Of a stretch of 64,000 bases of DNA, positions 59,302 to 64,000 are shown piece by piece. The number at the start of each line of letters is the position of its first letter. Position 1 is the stretch's first letter. The stretch is from assembly GCA_049510745.1 (NCBI GenBank), contig JBEKYR010000001.1:64001-128000 (forward strand), written 5' to 3'. The notes beneath the pieces were generated by a model. The model saw nothing but the letters and a program-made list of their open reading frames with translations. It ran no database searches and was not told the DNA's origin. The translations under genes were made by a program, and so were the position numbers. This DNA comes from Verrucomicrobiota bacterium (GTDB lineage Bacteria; Verrucomicrobiota; Verrucomicrobiia; Limisphaerales; Palsa-1400).

Positions 59302-60468
59302 ATGAAGGAGAACATCGTCAAGCGCGTCATCGCCTTGTTTGTCCTCATGCTGGGGATATTGGTCTATGTGGCCGTGTCGGCGGTGCGCAACATCCAGCAC
59401 TCCATCAAGAGCGAAGACTGGGTCAATCACACCCATGCCGTCATCATTGACGCCGGCGACATTCTTTCCTATCTGCACGCCGGCGACGCCGCGTTGCGCA
59501 CTTTCCTCATTACCGGGGACAAGCGTGATCAGGCGGCCTACCGCAATGACTATAACACGATGATCGAAAAACTGCTCGATGCCGAGGCCCTGACCCGGTG
59601 GGGCGACGAAGAGAAACCGCTGCACCAAAGAATCCTCGATCTGCAGGTTCTCATCAGCAATCGCATTGATGTCGCCCGTTCCATCGTCAAGTCCCGCGAG
59701 CAGGGCGGCCTGGACGGCGTGCGGGCGCTCTTTGCCTCCAGTCCGGACGTGGAGTCCATCGGCAAGATCGAACGCGCGGTCGGAAACCTGGTCGGCGAAG
59801 AAGACGGCCTGCTGCGCGAGCGGGACAAGCAAGAACACTTGCAGGCGCAAGCGACCCGCATGACGGTTTATCTGGGCGTGGCGGTGAATTTCGCCCTGCT
59901 CGCCGTTATGCTATGGCTGCTCCTCGACGACTTGGCGGCGCGGCGCAAAGCGGCCCAGGCGCTGGAAGACGCCAACGCCCAACTGGAGGCCAAAGTGCAG
60001 GAACGGACCGCCGAACTGGTCAAAACCAATCAAACCCTTAAACAGGAGAATCTGGAACGGCGCTGGTCGTACCAGGCTTTGGACCATCAATTGCGCTACA
60101 ATCAACTCATCATCAATTCCATCGCCGAACTGGTCTTTGTCATCAGCCGCGCCCTCAACATCAGCCGGGTCAACCCGGCGGTGGTGCATCAGACCAGTTG
60201 GGAGCCGCAAGACCTCATCGCGCAGTCAATTGAACGCGTATTGCAACTTCCCCCCGACACCGCCTCCGGCTCGCCCCAGAATCCCCTCATTACGGCCATG
60301 CGAGACGGGCGCGAAATCCAAGAGCGTCCGGCCATGCTGCTGACCCGCTCCGGCAAAACCACCCCGGTTCACTTCAGCCTCATTCCCCTGCACGACCAGG
60401 ACAAGGTCGTGGGAGGCGTTGTGACCGTGCGCGTCCCAAACGGCGCCCCGCCGCCGGGGCCGACCTAA
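59302..60468 (+). CDS. CHASE3-PAS membrane sensor lacking a kinase/output domain
   Basis: TM, WVNHT..V...R.FLITGD CHASE3, TM, LEAKVQERTAEL signalling helix, PAS, then stop. Confidence 0.85.
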   Translation: MKENIVKRVIALFVLMLGILVYVAVSAVRNIQHSIKSEDWVNHTHAVIIDAGDILSYLHAGDAALRTFLITGDKRDQAAYRNDYNTMIEKLLDAEALTRWGDEEKPLHQRILDLQVLISNRIDVARSIVKSREQGGLDGVRALFASSPDVESIGKIERAVGNLVGEEDGLLRERDKQEHLQAQATRMTVYLGVAVNFALLAVMLWLLLDDLAARRKAAQALEDANAQLEAKVQERTAELVKTNQTLKQENLERRWSYQALDHQLRYNQLIINSIAELVFVISRALNISRVNPAVVHQTSWEPQDLIAQSIERVLQLPPDTASGSPQNPLITAMRDGREIQERPAMLLTRSGKTTPVHFSLIPLHDQDKVVGGVVTVRVPNGAPPPGPT

Positions 60469-60481
60469 ACCGCTCATTCCC

Positions 60482-60892
60482 ATGAAAAAACATATTCTTT
60501 CCATCGACGACGAAGCGGACATCCGCGAACTGCTGCAGGAGGTATTGACCATCAAGGGCTACCGCGTCTCCACCGCCGCCGAGCCCGAGAAGGCCAAGAA
60601 AATCGTCAAAGACGACCCGCCCAACTTGATCATCATGGATTTCAACATCGAGGAGGGAGACGGCTTCGTGCTGATCGACGAGATCAAGAAGATCGGGCCG
60701 GCCATACCGATTCTATTATTGACTGGCGCGGTTTTCGACCGGACCGTCGTGCGGGACACGATCGAGAAGAAAGTTTCCCGCTACCTGGACAAGACGGCCT
60801 CGCTCAACACCATCGTGACCGAAATTGAAAAACTGCTGGGCGATCCGGTCAGCGGTCCCGGCAACACCATTACCATGCGGCGGGCGCCCTGA
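60482..60892 (+). CDS. Single-domain response regulator (REC only)
   Basis: ILSIDDE, IIMD, LLTG, YLDK. Confidence 0.92.
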   Translation: MKKHILSIDDEADIRELLQEVLTIKGYRVSTAAEPEKAKKIVKDDPPNLIIMDFNIEEGDGFVLIDEIKKIGPAIPILLLTGAVFDRTVVRDTIEKKVSRYLDKTASLNTIVTEIEKLLGDPVSGPGNTITMRRAP

Positions 60893-60924
60893 AGGCCGCC
60901 CGGCGGGCGCGGGGCCGCGCCGCC

Positions 60925-61887
60925 ATGTCCCCACGCAAGACCCTGGTCATTCGCGGCGGCGCGCTGGGGGATTTCATATTGACCCTGCCCGCGCTGGCCG
61001 CGTTGCGCCGCCATTTTCCGGGCCGCGCCCTGGAAATCTTGGGCTATCCGTCCATTGCCTCCCTGGCCGTCGCCGGCGGCCTGGCGGAAGGGGTTTCCGC
61101 CATCGAGTCCCCTGCCCTGTCCGGATTTTTTGCGCGGGGCGGCTCCTGGCCCGCATCGGCCGCGGAATACTTTGCCCAATTCGACCTGATCGTGTCCTAC
61201 CTTTACGACCCGGAAGGAATTTTCCAGTCCAACGCCACCCGTTGCGGCCCGGCGCGATTTATTGCCGGTCCGCATCGTCCAGACGAAGCCTCCGGCGCGC
61301 ACGCCGCCGTTGTTTTGCTGCGTCCGCTGGAATCCCTTGGCATTCACAACGCCGACCCGCGTCCGCGTCTTGTGTTGCCCGAAGCGGACGATTGCCCCGA
61401 GGGCGCCTGGCTCGCCTTGCACCCCGGCAGCGGAAGCGAACGGAAGAACTGGCCGGAGGCGAAATGGGCGGAACTTCTCAAAACCCTCGCTGAGCGGGCA
61501 CATTGGAGTTTTCTGGTGATTGGCGGTGAAGCCGAAGGCGAGCGCAGCCGGCGTCTGTCCGCCCTCCTGCCGCCCCGGCGGGCGCGCCTGGCTCAGAACC
61601 TGCCGCTGGTGGAACTGGCCCAAAAAATGAGAACTTGCGCCGGCTTCATCGGGCATGATTCCGGCATCACGCATCTGGCGGCCGCGCTGGATTTGCCTGG
61701 ATTGGTGCTCTGGGGGCCGGCATCAGCGGTCGTCTGGCGGCCCATGAGCGATAAAATGCGCCTCCTGCGGGACGATCGCGGACTGGGTGGATTGGCGGTT
61801 GAAACTGTATTGCGGGAAGTGACGGCGGCGTTCCCCCTTTGCGTTTCGACTGGTCCGGTCCGGTGCCGGGGAATCGGGGGAGGTTAA
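60925..61887 (+). CDS. GT9 glycosyltransferase (ADP-heptose:LPS heptosyltransferase family)
   Basis: GALGDFIL, HPGSGS..KNWP, GHDSGITHLAAA. Confidence 0.92.
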   Translation: MSPRKTLVIRGGALGDFILTLPALAALRRHFPGRALEILGYPSIASLAVAGGLAEGVSAIESPALSGFFARGGSWPASAAEYFAQFDLIVSYLYDPEGIFQSNATRCGPARFIAGPHRPDEASGAHAAVVLLRPLESLGIHNADPRPRLVLPEADDCPEGAWLALHPGSGSERKNWPEAKWAELLKTLAERAHWSFLVIGGEAEGERSRRLSALLPPRRARLAQNLPLVELAQKMRTCAGFIGHDSGITHLAAALDLPGLVLWGPASAVVWRPMSDKMRLLRDDRGLGGLAVETVLREVTAAFPLCVSTGPVRCRGIGGG

Positions 61888-62137
61888 GGAAACAGGGACA
61901 AGGCGGCGCGGCGCGCCGATGCGGGCAACCCACCCGGCAATACCAACTTTCTAGTCCTGACCCTTTCACTTTCCTGACCCTTTCTCAACGCCATTCAACC
62001 GCTGGTCAAAAAATGGCTCCTGGCAAAACCGCGTTTCGGGAAATTGTCCCAAAGGGCGTTCGACCGGAACCTATCCGACCTGGAACGGAATCACTCGTTG
62101 GACCCCAATAACCAAGCGCCATTCCGAACGAACCGCT

Positions 62138-64000
62138 CTACGGTGTGAGCAGTCGATAGAACTTGCTGCCCGTCTGCACCAGGTCCGTGACCACGTATTG
62201 CGTCGCGTTGGTCGGATACGGCGGCGCAATTACGGTCCAGCCGTTGGAGCCGGTTGTCAGGTCGGCCGTCGCTTCGAGCTGCCAATCGGGCGCGGGCTGC
62301 GGCCAGGAGATCACCACCGCGTTGGTCGGCGTGCTTGCGATTGACAACAGCGGCGCGACTGCAATTTGTGAAATGCTCACATCATCCACATACCACGCAT
62401 ACGCCGCGGTATAGACGCTCGAGTAGGCCGAGAAGCGCACCGCAAAATAAGGGCCAGCGGCACTGGCCGGAACCGTGTCTGTATAGGATTGGTATTGAGT
62501 CGAGCCATCGCCAATGATGGTCCGCAGATTCTGCCAGGTAAAGGAACTGGAGTCGAAATACTCGATTATGAACGATTGGCTGGACGGGATTTCGTCGGGG
62601 TTCACCTTGTATTGCACCAGTGCCGCCCCGCTCAACTGCATTGGCAGGGTGCGCACCGTTCCGAGCTTCTGGTTGTAGTTGAAACCCCGGCCAATGTTGA
62701 TCTCCAGATGCTGATACTGGCAGTCAACCTGATCCGCCGCGGTCCATTTGGCCGGGTCCGGCATGGAGCTGTTATTGTTGAAATTATCCGCGAAGGGCAG
62801 TGAGGTCGTCGGTGTCGTCACCGTCCCCGCCGTCAAACAAGCCGCACTCGCCGCGGTGGCGCGAATTCGGGCGATGTTCAAGTCTTCAAACGAGTAATAG
62901 CCGACACTACAGCCGCCCAAGCTGGAGCACATAATGCGACAGCGGGGGTCGCTGTCGTAATCGCAGTGATAGGCGTTAAAACTGTGGCCGATCTCATGGG
63001 CGGAAAGGGCGATGCGCTTGCCCAGATCGGTTTGCGAGCGCGAACAGGCAAAGCTGTAATGATCGAAACCGGGGCATACCTGGTCCTCAATGCTATCGCC
63101 GATGATACTGCCGAAGTTCTTCCCCGTGAACAGATGAGCGATGTCGCGGGGTATGTCCTGATGGTTGTTTATCCAGTCGAGGCGAAACTGAGCCAGCAGC
63201 CCATCCGCTGTCGTTGCGTCGTAGGGGTCGGGCTCAGCCGATCGCACAAGGATCTGTGTGAGTTGAAACGACACCCCGGTATCACGTTCAAAGATCGCCG
63301 AAACGCCGTTGATGATGGTCTCGATGTCCGCGACGGTGTTGCTCACCGAACTCCCGTTCAAAGTGTAATACTCATAGTCGGCGTCGCAGGCGATTTGGCA
63401 TACCAGCACATCCAGGTTCGTCGATTGACCGTTCCTGGGGGTCGCACCGGAATCCTTGGCCATGGGAACATCGTGGTTTCCACAAACTCCGGATTCCCCG
63501 CCCGAATCCTCGGTGTTGTAAACCACATGCTGCCCGGCCGCCGCGTCCGCCAGAACAGTCTGCAGCGGCTCAATCACCCAGGTCGAGTCGTTGGCATCGC
63601 CCAGGCGAACAAACGCGCGTATCCTGCCTTTCGTGAACGAGGCCAGGACGCTGCTCCCCCCACAACCGGCTACATAGCCTCGATAGGTCTGGAAGTCGGG
63701 AGCCGGCACGTCGTGAAATCCCCCGTTACCGTCCTGCACCACCACCCGAAATCCGGGCGCCCGCAGCGAATGTTTCTGCAAGACGATTTGGTGCGGCTGC
63801 CCCGCCAGTTGGAGGCTGAACTTAAGCTCCCCTGACATTTCCACCGACTCCAGATCCTGCAGTGTGAACTTGCCAACATGCAACTGGTCAACCACCCGCT
63901 GCTGCACGACCGAGTCGGCGGGCGCCCTCGTGGAATTGGTTTGGCCGTGACAAGGAAAGAGACTGGCTAATGCAATTAGAGAAGCCCAAAACCCTGGAGA
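62138..64000 (-). CDS. Secreted M12B/reprolysin-like zinc metalloprotease with C-terminal FYRL domain; 5' end outside window
   Basis: HEIGHSFNAYH + IMC Met-turn; the frame stays open to 64000 and encodes a signal-peptide-like segment (FWASLIALASLFPCHGQTN); ends SKFYRLLTP. Confidence 0.9.
   Translation of the reverse strand, partial: SPGFWASLIALASLFPCHGQTNSTRAPADSVVQQRVVDQLHVGKFTLQDLESVEMSGELKFSLQLAGQPHQIVLQKHSLRAPGFRVVVQDGNGGFHDVPAPDFQTYRGYVAGCGGSSVLASFTKGRIRAFVRLGDANDSTWVIEPLQTVLADAAAGQHVVYNTEDSGGESGVCGNHDVPMAKDSGATPRNGQSTNLDVLVCQIACDADYEYYTLNGSSVSNTVADIETIINGVSAIFERDTGVSFQLTQILVRSAEPDPYDATTADGLLAQFRLDWINNHQDIPRDIAHLFTGKNFGSIIGDSIEDQVCPGFDHYSFACSRSQTDLGKRIALSAHEIGHSFNAYHCDYDSDPRCRIMCSSLGGCSVGYYSFEDLNIARIRATAASAACLTAGTVTTPTTSLPFADNFNNNSSMPDPAKWTAADQVDCQYQHLEINIGRGFNYNQKLGTVRTLPMQLSGAALVQYKVNPDEIPSSQSFIIEYFDSSSFTWQNLRTIIGDGSTQYQSYTDTVPASAAGPYFAVRFSAYSSVYTAAYAWYVDDVSISQIAVAPLLSIASTPTNAVVISWPQPAPDWQLEATADLTTGSNGWTVIAPPYPTNATQYVVTDLVQTGSKFYRLLTP

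Overview
GC-rich chromosomal window, most likely from a subdivision-3 (Pedosphaera/Limisphaerales-like) verrucomicrobium; this is inferred from the gene families and secretome style. Housekeeping genes (prfC, rnr-accD-comF, LOG-M16-pabB-pabC, gltBD, dacB, tRNA-Val(CAC)) are mixed with a ~17 kb arabinan-utilisation locus. That locus has an ECF sigma/Ser-Thr kinase pair, two non-catalytic LamG/Ig proteins, an SGNH-TPR protein, two GH43 arabinanases and a GH51, but no SusC/D. The window also holds a LarA-homologue/KDG-kinase/polyol-dehydrogenase cluster with a distant larE, small accessory inserts (VapBC, RloAB/AbiL-like pair, orphan SNF2, orphan AT-rich membrane protein) and several short repeat families. 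Main leads: (1) a ~65-aa C-terminal domain ending in F-[YF]-x-L shared by four otherwise different secreted proteins, a candidate uncharacterised sorting signal; (2) a 37/44-identical candidate ECF promoter in front of both LamG genes; (3) Thr-Asn enrichment in exported proteins, a candidate modification sequon, with a DUF2723 GT-C gene in the window; (4) a probable nickel-pincer sugar-acid epimerase pathway. No CRISPR array, rRNA, integrase or transposase was seen. All calls are by eye, with no database searches.
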